IMG/VR virus record: IMGVR_UViG_3300046507_000639 | Location: 1-64,000 of that record | Source: a virus | Taxonomy: Duplodnaviria; Heunggongvirae; Uroviricota; Caudoviricetes | DNA length: 64,000 nucleotides | Direction: 5' to 3' (one strand) | Program-made: the position numbers and the translations under genes | In this document: positions 34,317-43,141 of the stretch, in pieces | Layout of the letters: every line of letters starts with the position of its first letter | How positions within the stretch are numbered: position 1 is the first letter of the stretch | Notes under the pieces: generated by a model | Database searches by the model: none | What the model saw: the letters and a program-made list of their open reading frames with translations, nothing else | Told to the model about the DNA's origin: nothing

Positions 34317-35547
34317 GTTTCTTCCTGTGTATGTTGGCCGCGTCAGCCTTAGCCCTGTGCAGCACGTCCTTGCGGCGGTTTATCGGCATGGCCTCTATCT
34401 CGGCCGGGTCTTCGACCACGTCGGACAGCTTCACCTTCGAGACGGCGCGTATGACTGTCTTGGCAGTCTCGGCGTTCGGGTAGTCCCTGTCGGAGTAGAA
34501 GCTGGATCGACCGCGAGAGTCACACATGGACACGGTCGGCAGTATTTCCGCCAGACCCGGGCACTTTGGCAGCTGCAGGTCGTCGACCATGTCAGCTATC
34601 GTCGTGCCCTTCAGCAGGTGGAAGTTGTGCACGTGGGTGTGGTACTTCGCCACCACCGCGCTGGCGTGACGCCACTCCGACGGCATCTTCAACCGGTCGG
34701 CCATGTCTCGAGCTATGAAGTAGCCGCGCGCCTCGTGGCCGTAGTGGTGCGGCAGCACGTCGGCCGGAGTGGTGCCCTTGCCCAGGTCGTGGACCAGCGC
34801 GCAGTACCTCGTCAGCGGGTGATGTGAGGCCTTCGTGGCCTCGTCCAGAACCATCATGGTGTGAGTGAACGAGTCGCCCTCGGGGTGGTGCTCGTAGGAG
34901 CCCGCAGGGACTCCGACCAGTCGGTGCACCTCGGGGAAGACGACTTCCAGGGCGCCGACCATCTGCAGGAACACGAAGAACCGTGAGGGCCTCTTCTCGC
35001 CCAGCGCCTTGACCATCTCGGCCGAGACTCGCTCGGGAGTCAAGTGTGCCAGCTCGCCGGCCGCGACCATCTCACGGCACAGCTTCACGGTTGTCTTGTG
35101 GACAACGAAGTCAGTCCACCTCGACAGGAAGCGTGCCAGCCGCAGCACGCGCACCGGGTCTTCCTTGAAGCCCTCGTCGTCGACGTGGCGCAGGACGCCG
35201 TCGCGCAGGTCTCGCTCGCCGTTGAACGGGTCGTACAGGACGCCGTCGGCCATCGCCATGGCGTTCACGGTCAGGTCTCGTCGGCGCAGGTCGTCCTCCA
35301 GAGACACACCCTCGGTCTCGACCGTGAAGCCGTGGTAGCCGTTCCCGCTCTTCTTCTCGGTTCGGGCCAGCGCGTGCTCCTCGCCGGTCACGGGGTGCAA
35401 GAAGACCGGGAAGTCAGCCCCGACTTTCTTGTAGCCCATGTCCAGCATCTCCTGCTCGGACGAGCCGACGACGACCCAGTCGACGTCTTTGGCGTAAGCG
35501 TTCATGAAGGTGTCCCGCACGCAGCCGCCGACTTTATAGAACTTCAT
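34309..35547 (-). CDS. cca: CCA-adding tRNA nucleotidyltransferase (class II, with HD domain)
   Basis: Pol-beta head MKFYKVGGCVRD...GADFPVF. HD motif HSFTH...HDLGK. Confidence 0.8.
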   Translation of the reverse strand: MKFYKVGGCVRDTFMNAYAKDVDWVVVGSSEQEMLDMGYKKVGADFPVFLHPVTGEEHALARTEKKSGNGYHGFTVETEGVSLEDDLRRRDLTVNAMAMADGVLYDPFNGERDLRDGVLRHVDDEGFKEDPVRVLRLARFLSRWTDFVVHKTTVKLCREMVAAGELAHLTPERVSAEMVKALGEKRPSRFFVFLQMVGALEVVFPEVHRLVGVPAGSYEHHPEGDSFTHTMMVLDEATKASHHPLTRYCALVHDLGKGTTPADVLPHHYGHEARGYFIARDMADRLKMPSEWRHASAVVAKYHTHVHNFHLLKGTTIADMVDDLQLPKCPGLAEILPTVSMCDSRGRSSFYSDRDYPNAETAKTVIRAVSKVKLSDVVEDPAEIEAMPINRRKDVLHRAKADAANIHRKKHV

Positions 35548-35726
35548 GATACTACTCCTGCGAGGAATGCTGTTCCGGCCGCCATACAGAGGCAGACCAT
35601 GAATAAGACGACTGCGACGAAGGCGCCCTGCGGCGTGATCTCCTTGTTGAAGAGTGCTGAGCCGAAGAGGACGGCGAGGGCTATCGAACCGAGGGATATG
35701 CCGTAGAGTATGATGAGTGAGAGCAT
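35544..35726 (-). CDS. small membrane protein (60 aa, start MLSLIIL)
   Basis: Promoter TTTACA-N17-TATAGT and SD GGAAAGGAA upstream. Two TM segments. Confidence 0.5.
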   Translation of the reverse strand: MLSLIILYGISLGSIALAVLFGSALFNKEITPQGAFVAVVLFMVCLCMAAGTAFLAGVVS

Positions 35727-35774
35727 GACGAATTCCTTTCCATTTCTCAACACTATATTCTATCGAGAATGCGT

Positions 35775-35822
35775 TGTAAACGAAAAAGAGGCCCGGAGGC
35801 CTCTTTCTTTTAAAGTTTTTGT
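35775..35822 (-). repeat. 48-bp terminator-promoter cassette, copy 1
   Basis: tgtaaacgaaaaagaggcccggaggcctctttcttttaaa repeated at 36218..36265. Hairpin at 35787..35804. Confidence 0.6.
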
Positions 35823-35826
35823 CGGA

Positions 35827-36165
35827 TCAGTCAGAACGAGCTACCAGCTTCTTAGCGTAATCCGAAGTAGGGACTACGTACTCCTTGGCCTTTGAGGGCT
35901 CGTGGAGGAACCCACATGGAGAAGCCTTAGTAACGCTCCAGAGCCAGTTAGCGAGGTCGAGGGCCTCGTATGCGCACTGGAAGCACTTCAGCTTGCGGAC
36001 TGCTTCGTTGACTCGTTCGAGGTAGCGGTTAGCATCGATGATGTTCTCGAACTGGGCCGCTGAAGTGATCGTCTCGAACATGTCTTCCATTGGAGGGCGG
36101 AACATCACCTTCACGTAGAACTTACCGGTAGAGCGGTTCTTCATTACTTCGTTGAACTTGTTCAT
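35827..36165 (-). CDS. hypothetical protein
   Basis: 112 aa. Flanked by the two identical terminator-promoter cassettes. Confidence 0.6.
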   Translation of the reverse strand: MNKFNEVMKNRSTGKFYVKVMFRPPMEDMFETITSAAQFENIIDANRYLERVNEAVRKLKCFQCAYEALDLANWLWSVTKASPCGFLHEPSKAKEYVVPTSDYAKKLVARSD

Positions 36166-36217
36166 TGTGCGTTCCTTTCCGATTTGATAATTTAAAGATA
36201 TACCACTTCGGAGAGGA

Positions 36218-36265
36218 TGTAAACGAAAAAGAGGCCCGGAGGCCTCTTTCTTTTAAAATTTTTGT
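36218..36265 (-). repeat. 48-bp terminator-promoter cassette, copy 2
   Basis: Hairpin AGAGGCC-CGGA-GGCCTCT between A5 and T-run. Promoter TTTACA-N17-TATCTT at 36195..36223. Confidence 0.6.
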
Positions 36266-36269
36266 AGGG

Positions 36270-37559
36270 TCACTGCCAGACCTTCACCCACTCGATCGGC
36301 ATCTGGGCCGAGTAAGAAGTTGGGACGGCCGGCTTGGTCACCAGGCCACCCACCGCGATGTTGATCTGCAGGTAGCAGTCCTTGTCGGGGAACACGTTCG
36401 GGACAGCGAAGTACGGCACGTCGTCGCAGTAGAAGACCACCTCGTCGTCTCCCCAGTAGACTCCCCAGACGTGGGCGACGGCGACGTCGATGCCCAGCTG
36501 CTTGAGTCGTGACGAGAACAGCGTGTGGTTCCCCGTGGCGGCGTCCTTCCAGTGCACGGTCGTTCCGACCTGGTCGAGCGTGCCTGCCGTAGAGAAGAAC
36601 CCCTCGAACATGTCGAGCTCGATGGACGGCCAGGACTGGTCGGTCGCGACCATCCAGAAAGCCGGCCAGGAACCCTGTGCCAGGGGCATGGTCATCTTCG
36701 CCTCGACGTAGGAGCCGCGACGGATCGTGCCGAAGTTCTTCTCGGTCGTGACGATGCTGGCCGAGTACTTGAACGGCTGGATGACGTTGTTGACCACGTC
36801 CCAAGGGCACGGTATCTGCGCGCCGTTGACGTCGAGCACGCCCTCGGGGTGGTACGCCGAGTTGAGCACCAGCTTGCCCGAGACTATCGAGTAGGGAGTC
36901 GTGTTCGGGTTCACCGTCGAGTCAGCGTAGTAGCCCACTTCACGGTTGCCGGCCTGGGTGCGTCCCTGGTTCAGTCGCGTCCTCCAGCAGGGGGTGCCGT
37001 CGGCCTTGAAGCCGCTGTCGCTCGCAGCGAACGACGTGAACTTCTCGACGAACGCGAGTGAGAGGTTGGCCGGCCGCGGAGAGAGCGCTGACACCTTCGG
37101 GAGGGCTGCGCCGGGGTAGGTGACGGTGAGGTTTGAGCGGTCACCCGAGATCGTCGCCGTGCTGCGAGACAGGGTGAGGGGAGGGCTGTTCTGCGCCCAC
37201 CCGAGGATGAGGGTGAACTTCTTAGTGCCGAGGTCCTGGAGCAGCTTGACCGGGACTGACTTGACCTGCTCTCCGGGCTGGAAGGAGAGGTACCCGTCGG
37301 CTCGGCTGTACTGAAAGTTCTCGACCGCGGTGCCGTTCTGGCTCAGGTACCGGATCACCATGGTCTGTTCGGCCGGAGCGCTGAGCGCGACCGGCACGAG
37401 CACGGTCCGCTCGCCGGCTTCGACGAACGCGTCGTACACGGTCACCGTGAGTCCCACGTAGTTGAAGGCCGGGGCGGGGACTACCGTCACCTCCAGGGCC
37501 TTCGTCAAGACCGCGATCATGTCGCCCGCGGCAGTCTTCTGTTCGTCTGTGAGTTCCAT
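36270..37559 (-). CDS. GH16-family glycoside hydrolase-like protein with N-terminal beta-sandwich region
   Basis: GSWPAFWM...WPSIELDMFEG fits the GH16 ExDxxE catalytic motif. Start at internal Met MELTDEQ. Confidence 0.6.
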   Translation of the reverse strand: MELTDEQKTAAGDMIAVLTKALEVTVVPAPAFNYVGLTVTVYDAFVEAGERTVLVPVALSAPAEQTMVIRYLSQNGTAVENFQYSRADGYLSFQPGEQVKSVPVKLLQDLGTKKFTLILGWAQNSPPLTLSRSTATISGDRSNLTVTYPGAALPKVSALSPRPANLSLAFVEKFTSFAASDSGFKADGTPCWRTRLNQGRTQAGNREVGYYADSTVNPNTTPYSIVSGKLVLNSAYHPEGVLDVNGAQIPCPWDVVNNVIQPFKYSASIVTTEKNFGTIRRGSYVEAKMTMPLAQGSWPAFWMVATDQSWPSIELDMFEGFFSTAGTLDQVGTTVHWKDAATGNHTLFSSRLKQLGIDVAVAHVWGVYWGDDEVVFYCDDVPYFAVPNVFPDKDCYLQINIAVGGLVTKPAVPTSYSAQMPIEWVKVWQ

Positions 37560-37569
37560 CTGTTCCTCG

Positions 37570-38223
37570 TTAGAGATAGTGATACTTCGAGAGCGTCTGC
37601 TGCTCGTTCTCACGGCAGTCGCCCGTGATGTCTATGTCTATGTAGGAGTCGCAGTCAAGGACGACGAAGCGGCAGTCGTTGATCACTCGGTCGAACTTCA
37701 GGTGCCAGTGTCCCGCGAGCCACACCTTGGGCTGGTGGACCGCGAACATCTTGCCGAACGCCTCGCGCGTGCGAGACGGAACGTCGTAGATCTTGATGCC
37801 GAAGCCGTAGGGGAGGAAGTCGGGCACCTCGTGAGTGACCATCACCTTCGGCTTGATCGCGGCATACTCCTCGACGATCCTGTCGAGTTCGGACTGAGAG
37901 AGCTCCTCGTCCCTCCACCAGGACTTGCCCTCGGTGCGGTACGCCCAGTCGATCGACCACGCGCCGCCGACGTACATGACAGCGTCGCTCGTGCCGGGGA
38001 TCACCGTGACGGAGCCGTCGGGCAGCCAGTTCGGTTCAAAGACGCAGCCCTGCGGCCAGTCGTGGTTTCCACGGATGAAGGTGTGCTTCTCTACGTCGTA
38101 TTGCTCGATCGGGTTGCGGACGAAGCCGATCCCGAAGTCACCGACCTGGACTGACTCGTCCGCGCCGTCGATGAGCTGGAGGTAGCGCGACATCCCGCCG
38201 TGGACGTCTCCAATGAAACGCAT
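37570..38223 (-). CDS. calcineurin-like metallophosphoesterase
   Basis: Motifs GDVHG, GD..G, GNHD, GHWH. Confidence 0.7.
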   Translation of the reverse strand: MRFIGDVHGGMSRYLQLIDGADESVQVGDFGIGFVRNPIEQYDVEKHTFIRGNHDWPQGCVFEPNWLPDGSVTVIPGTSDAVMYVGGAWSIDWAYRTEGKSWWRDEELSQSELDRIVEEYAAIKPKVMVTHEVPDFLPYGFGIKIYDVPSRTREAFGKMFAVHQPKVWLAGHWHLKFDRVINDCRFVVLDCDSYIDIDITGDCRENEQQTLSKYHYL

Positions 38224-38234
38224 GATGATGATCC

Positions 38235-38603
38235 TTAGTTGACGGTCTTCTCGTAGTAGAGGATGGTGGCGTTCTGCTGGCGAATGTAGCGGAGCAGCTC
38301 GGCCTGGTTGTTCAGCAGCTTCTTGAAGTCCTCGGGCGAGACACCGTAGACGACGAAGTCCTTGTTGTTCGCGAGGAACTTCTTCTTGAAGTCGTTGTAG
38401 TTCTTGTCAGTGATGACGTACCACTTCGGGTTCTTCAGCTGGACTGCGCGTGGGTGTGGCTGTATCGTCACGTTCCGGGAGATCGGAGTCGTGGTGACCT
38501 GTACCTTAGCGACCTGACCGGTCGAGGCGCAGTTACTTAGCGACAGGGACAGGAGCGCCAGAAGCAGAAGTGAGCGAGTCATTGGAAGCACCGTATTCTT
38601 CAT
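38235..38603 (-). CDS. o-spanin-like lipoprotein (overlaps the i-spanin 3' end)
   Basis: Signal peptide plus LSLSNC lipobox-like. 71-nt out-of-frame overlap with 38533..38958. Confidence 0.5.
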   Translation of the reverse strand: MKNTVLPMTRSLLLLALLSLSLSNCASTGQVAKVQVTTTPISRNVTIQPHPRAVQLKNPKWYVITDKNYNDFKKKFLANNKDFVVYGVSPEDFKKLLNNQAELLRYIRQQNATILYYEKTVN

Positions 38604-38958
38604 TGATATCTTTCTCGACCGCGTCGGGGTCTGCGAGGGACTGCGCCACGAGGTCCTGGTCTTTGTTCTTCGAGACCGTAGCGAAGTTCTGGGCCTCGGC
38701 GTCCGACAGGGACTTCGAGAGCGCCAGGTTGGCGTCGGCCTGCTTGGCGGCCTGGTCTTTCTGGTACTGGATCGTCTGCTCGTTGAGCGAGACGGCCAGG
38801 TTGAGCTTGTCCACGTTGGACTGGAGCTGTGCCTTGTCGGCAGTCAGCTGTGCGACCTCAGCGTCCATAGTCTTCTTGTAGACGTAGAAGCCTACGCCTG
38901 AGAGGAGGATGAGGACCGCGAGGCCGGCGACTAGGTAGGACTGGATGCCGGTGAACAT
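38533..38958 (-). CDS. i-spanin (Rz-like)
   Basis: N-terminal TM, then a coiled-coil periplasmic domain. Sits immediately downstream of the endolysin. Confidence 0.6.
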   Translation of the reverse strand: MFTGIQSYLVAGLAVLILLSGVGFYVYKKTMDAEVAQLTADKAQLQSNVDKLNLAVSLNEQTIQYQKDQAAKQADANLALSKSLSDAEAQNFATVSKNKDQDLVAQSLADPDAVEKDINEEYGASNDSLTSASGAPVPVAK

Positions 38959-39783
38959 TTACTTCTTCATCTCCGCGTACGTCTTGGGACCGACGACTCC
39001 GTCTGCGACCAGTCCGTTCCTGGTCTGGAACGCCTTGACGGCAGCAGCCGTGCCCGGGCCGAACTTGCCGTCGGCTTCGATGCCGAGCAGCGTCTGGATC
39101 TCTTCTACCGCCGGGCCCGAGGAGCCGATCGTCAACGTCGTGAACGCCGGGCTGACGGGGGCCGGGGCAGCGCCGAGGACGGCCATGCCGCGGGCGTAGT
39201 ACTTCTTACGCTCGTCTAGCCCGTTAGTGCCGCCGTTGACGGCCTTCGAGCAGCCCACGATGTCGTGTGAGTCCGCGAAGCGGTTCAGGTTGTTAACCTT
39301 CCAGAACCAAGCGGCTGAGCGGGCAGCGCCCTCAGCGGTCTCGAGGTAGGAGGGGTCTTCCGTCAGGTCCATGCCGATCTCTTCGCCGAACGAGACGTAG
39401 TTGTTCTTGCCGGTGATCTGGATCAGGCCGCGGCCGCGAAACTTCCAGCCGTCCTGAGAGGCCTCGTTGCCGTTGCCCATGCGGTTGGCGTAGACTCGGG
39501 AAGCGATCTTGATAGGCTGCTTCGCGTGCGCGTTGGCCTCGGAGGCGTTACGGTAGTACTTCGGGAACGTCCTGAGCAGGCCGTCTGCCGAGTAGTTGAG
39601 GTTCTCGACGACGACCGAGAGAGCTCCCGACTCCGTCATGACCTGGGCCAGGAACATCACCTGGCGGTCAGAAGTGTCGATACCGAACTCGTGCATCGCG
39701 TTAAAGATTGGGTCGACGTAGGCTGCGATCTTAGACGAAGACGCGCCCGCCACGACTTTAGTGAACTGGTCTCTCGTGAGCAT
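38959..39783 (-). CDS. endolysin: GH19 chitinase-like muramidase plus C-terminal PG_binding_1 domain
   Basis: FLAQVMTESG matches the GH19 catalytic region. C-terminal IQTLLGIEADGKFGPGTAAAVKAFQTRNGLVADGVVGPKTY. Confidence 0.8.
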   Translation of the reverse strand: MLTRDQFTKVVAGASSSKIAAYVDPIFNAMHEFGIDTSDRQVMFLAQVMTESGALSVVVENLNYSADGLLRTFPKYYRNASEANAHAKQPIKIASRVYANRMGNGNEASQDGWKFRGRGLIQITGKNNYVSFGEEIGMDLTEDPSYLETAEGAARSAAWFWKVNNLNRFADSHDIVGCSKAVNGGTNGLDERKKYYARGMAVLGAAPAPVSPAFTTLTIGSSGPAVEEIQTLLGIEADGKFGPGTAAAVKAFQTRNGLVADGVVGPKTYAEMKK

Positions 39784-39823
39784 GTGATTCTCCTTTGTGA
39801 TATTTATAAGGAGGAGTCACGCG

Positions 39824-40090
39824 TTACGAAATAGTCAACTTCGCGAAGCCCGTGGCGGCCGCGGGGTCGGGGTGCAGGAGGGAGTCGGTCACGGCAGAGT
39901 CTCCGATGCAGACCACGTGGATGCCGTCTATGGACACCTTCCGGCCGTTCTCATTGAACGCGCCTCCGCCGTGGGACTCTACGTCGCCGACTCGGGCGAC
40001 GGCCTGGCCGCCGACGGTGACCTTGGACTGCGAGGCTATGGTGGAGGCCCCGCACGTCCTGAGGTCGGAGTTCCTATGGATGACGGCCAT
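39824..40090 (-). CDS. PAAR-repeat-like spike-tip protein (gp5.4-like)
   Basis: Gly-rich beta-strand repeats (VARVGDVESHGGGAF, GIHVVCIGDSAV) and a PAAA motif. Confidence 0.45.
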   Translation of the reverse strand: MAVIHRNSDLRTCGASTIASQSKVTVGGQAVARVGDVESHGGGAFNENGRKVSIDGIHVVCIGDSAVTDSLLHPDPAAATGFAKLTIS

Positions 40091-40274
40091 TCAGGTAGTT
40101 GTCCCAGTAGTCGTCGATGAGCTTCTTCATCGACCTCGGCCTATTTATCATCTCGGCCTTAAACTCCTCCTCGGTGACGTCCGAGAAGAAGACCCTGAAG
40201 TCGTCTGTCTTGACGTACCAGTCGAACACTTCGGTGAGGGTCTTCTGTTCCATCCTAATGCAACTTTTTGTCAA
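40074..40274 (-). CDS. hypothetical protein
   Basis: 66 aa ORF. Confidence 0.45.
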   Translation of the reverse strand: MTKSCIRMEQKTLTEVFDWYVKTDDFRVFFSDVTEEEFKAEMINRPRSMKKLIDDYWDNYLNGRHP

Positions 40275-40545
40275 TGTGTTCCTGAGACGTGACCAGGAAC
40301 ATCGTCCCGGTCGCGTTGGTGTAGTAGGCCGGGGTGAGGCCGTGCCTCGAGAAGAACGTCGCCCGGTCGATGATCTTGTCGTAGCCGGCCTCAGGCTCGT
40401 TACGGTAGTGGAACCACGCCTGGAGCACCGAGGTCTCGTCGATCGGGTACACGCTCGGGTAGTCCTTCAGGTTGAAGAGGTAATCGACGCCGGCGTAGAG
40501 CGCGACGTCTTCATCCGAAGCTAAGATTGCTGAATTTGCCTCCAC
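40255..40545 (-). CDS. hypothetical protein (GTG start; overlaps DnaB 3' end)
   Basis: SD AAAGGA sits 6 nt upstream of GTG. The Ser/Thr-rich N-terminal extension is rejected. Confidence 0.4.
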   Translation of the reverse strand: MEANSAILASDEDVALYAGVDYLFNLKDYPSVYPIDETSVLQAWFHYRNEPEAGYDKIIDRATFFSRHGLTPAYYTNATGTMFLVTSQEHIDKKLH

Positions 40546-41866
40546 TTGAGGTCCTTTCTCCAGTTGTGGTCTTGTCGAACACGGGCTCGTCGTTGTCGTT
40601 GGCGATGTCGTAGAACCGCATCTTGCCGCTGTCACGGCCGACGAGGAATTTCTTGTAGAAGTTGGGGTCGCCGTACCTGTTCTTGAGCTGCTTGAACATC
40701 ACCTGGTTGAGCTCCTCGAGCTCCTCCGTGACGATCAACGCTATCATCAGGTCGGCCGTCGCGGGCAGACCGAACGACTCAGAGGTGTCGGTCAGGTCGA
40801 TGTCGGATGCTCCGTAGCCTGATCGCGTGACCTGAGTCGCGCTGACGAGTGCCACGTTGAACTCGACCGCGAGCCCTCGGAGCTCTTCGGCGATGGCCTT
40901 GATGTAGGTGTAGGAGTTCACGTTTCCCGCCTTCAGTCGTGACGACGCGCAGAGGTTGATGTAGTCGACGTAGATGATGTCGGGGACGAAGTTCTTCTTC
41001 GTCTTCAGCTCGTTCAGGAGGAACCGGATGTGACCCGCGTGGGCCTGAGAAGTCGGGTACTCCTTGACGATCAGGCGTCCGAGCGTCTTCTCCTTAAGCT
41101 TGGCGATCTTCTTCTTGAAGACCTCCTTCGGCATGTCCTTGACCGAGTTCACGTTGACGTCGAGGAGGTTCGCGTCGATGCGCTCAGAGATCTTCTTCTG
41201 ACTCATCTCGAGGGTGATGTACAGGACGTTTCGCCCGTCCATCAGGTTGTTCGCGGCCTCGTGACACATGAGCATCGACTTGCCCGCGCCGGTGCCTGCC
41301 ATGTAGATGTTCAGCGTCTTCCTCGACAGGCCGCCGTGGGTGATCTTGTTCATCAGGTCGAGAGAGAACTTGATGCGCTCGTCGGTCTCGTTGTAGGAGT
41401 CAAAGCGAGCCTCGGCGTCCTCGAGGTAGTCGTGGCCAACTGACTCGTCGAAGGAGACCGCGAGGGCCTCCTGGAGCAGAGTCGGGATCGCTCCCTTGTC
41501 GAGCTTCGACTTGCCGTCGAGGATCTGGATGCTCTCGTGGATCGAGTTGTAGATCGCCTTGTCCTGGCAGAATTTCTCCGCCTGGTCGAGCAGCCAGTCC
41601 AAGTCGTTCGTCACGACCGTCGAGAGAGAACCTATCTTCTCGAGTGCTGAGTCGAAGATCGTCTGTGAGACAGACATGGTCTCCAGTTCGATCTTCAGTA
41701 TCTCTCGGTTGGGTAGCCTGTTGTACTTTCGAAAGAAAGAATCGATGAGTGAGTAGACGAGCTTGTCAGACGCGTCAGAGAAGTACTCCTCGCGGAGGTA
41801 CGGGATCGTCTTCCGAGCGAAATCCTCATTGAGGACGAGGCTCGAGAGTATGGTCTGTTCTATCAT
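40511..41866 (-). CDS. replicative DNA helicase (DnaB family, T4 gp41-like)
   Basis: Walker A GTGAGKSM. DnaB C-terminal RecA-like fold. 451 aa. Confidence 0.8.
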   Translation of the reverse strand: MIEQTILSSLVLNEDFARKTIPYLREEYFSDASDKLVYSLIDSFFRKYNRLPNREILKIELETMSVSQTIFDSALEKIGSLSTVVTNDLDWLLDQAEKFCQDKAIYNSIHESIQILDGKSKLDKGAIPTLLQEALAVSFDESVGHDYLEDAEARFDSYNETDERIKFSLDLMNKITHGGLSRKTLNIYMAGTGAGKSMLMCHEAANNLMDGRNVLYITLEMSQKKISERIDANLLDVNVNSVKDMPKEVFKKKIAKLKEKTLGRLIVKEYPTSQAHAGHIRFLLNELKTKKNFVPDIIYVDYINLCASSRLKAGNVNSYTYIKAIAEELRGLAVEFNVALVSATQVTRSGYGASDIDLTDTSESFGLPATADLMIALIVTEELEELNQVMFKQLKNRYGDPNFYKKFLVGRDSGKMRFYDIANDNDEPVFDKTTTGERTSSGGKFSNLSFG

Positions 41867-41916
41867 TCGTCGCCGGAGAGTATGAGGGGAGGGAGCGTGG
41901 TGAGGGCGCTAGGCCC

Positions 41917-42972
41917 TCACTCTTCTTCGCTCGAGGGAGAGTCCTCTTCGAGGATCTTCCCGGTACCGATGGAGTACTTGGCCTTAATATAATCGGCCAT
42001 GTCGGTGTTTGTCAACACTTCTTTCCAGAAATCTCCGTTGTTGACGATCTGCTTCTCGCGGTACTTCTCACCCACGAGCTCGCCCGTCGTGCGGTCGACT
42101 AGCTGGTACCAGCCGTTCGACGGCTTGCCGACGTACTGGCCCTCGAGCGCGAGGTCGAGGAAGCCCGACCACTTCATGATGCCGTTCTCGTAGGAGACGC
42201 TGATCGGTATCTTGGACTTCTCCTTGACGTAACGGCTCTTCTCGATGTTGATCACGAAGTGCCATCCCTTGATCTCGGTGCCTTCCTTGTCCTGCTGACG
42301 ACCGATGATCCAGATGTTGTCGGCGGAGTAGTAGATGCCCGTGCCGCCCGACACGACGTCCTTCGAGTAGAGCTCTTGGGTCTTGTACGTGTGGTTCACC
42401 ACGATCATCGGGATGTCCTTGATCGTGAGGTGCGGCGTGATCATCCTGAAGAGTGACTTCAGCTGCTTCGCGCGAGACATGTCTGCCACGCTCTTGCCCT
42501 CGAGCGCGTCCTCGACTTCCTTCTTGGAGGCCAGGTTGCCGATCGAGTCGACCATGATGAAGACCTTGTCCTTGCGGTCGAGGCCGTCGAGCTGCGCCAT
42601 GATGTCGAACTTGAGCTGCTCGATGTTCAGCAGCGGCGTGTGGACGACCTTGTCGGGGTCGATGCCAAAGCTCGAGATGTACGACTCGGGGGTGCCGAAC
42701 TCAGAGTCGTAGAACAGGATGATGCCGTCGGAGTACTGCTTCAGGAAGGCCGAGGCCATGAGCAGCGTGTAGGCGGTCTTGAAGTGTTTGGAGGCGCCGG
42801 CGATGACCGTGAGGCCGGGAGTGATGCCGCCGTCCATGCGGCCCGAGAGGGCGACGTTGATCATCGGCACTTGCGTCGGGATCATGTCCTTGTGACCGTA
42901 GATCTTCGACTCTGAGAGGATGGCGGTCTCTTTGATGGTGGAGTTCTTAAGCAGCTTATCCCTGAGGCTCAT
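41917..42972 (-). CDS. uvsX: RecA/UvsX-like recombinase
   Basis: Walker A region GLTVIAGASKHFKT. RecA-core architecture. Confidence 0.75.
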   Translation of the reverse strand: MSLRDKLLKNSTIKETAILSESKIYGHKDMIPTQVPMINVALSGRMDGGITPGLTVIAGASKHFKTAYTLLMASAFLKQYSDGIILFYDSEFGTPESYISSFGIDPDKVVHTPLLNIEQLKFDIMAQLDGLDRKDKVFIMVDSIGNLASKKEVEDALEGKSVADMSRAKQLKSLFRMITPHLTIKDIPMIVVNHTYKTQELYSKDVVSGGTGIYYSADNIWIIGRQQDKEGTEIKGWHFVINIEKSRYVKEKSKIPISVSYENGIMKWSGFLDLALEGQYVGKPSNGWYQLVDRTTGELVGEKYREKQIVNNGDFWKEVLTNTDMADYIKAKYSIGTGKILEEDSPSSEEE

Positions 42973-43141
42973 TATCTTCCTTGTATCTCTTCAGTTCTTC
43001 CTGGTATATGTATACCCGGCGCCCGCCCACGCAGTTGCACCGGTCTTCTCCGCAGTACGCGAAGCACAGCTTCTCGACCAGCTCTCCCGTGAGGAGCATC
43101 TGGTCGATCCGCGCGTCTGTTATGGCGTCCAGGTCACGCAC
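42956..43141 (-). CDS. small Cys-rich protein
   Basis: CFAYCGEDRCNC. Confidence 0.4.
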   Translation of the reverse strand: MRDLDAITDARIDQMLLTGELVEKLCFAYCGEDRCNCVGGRRVYIYQEELKRYKEDNEPQG

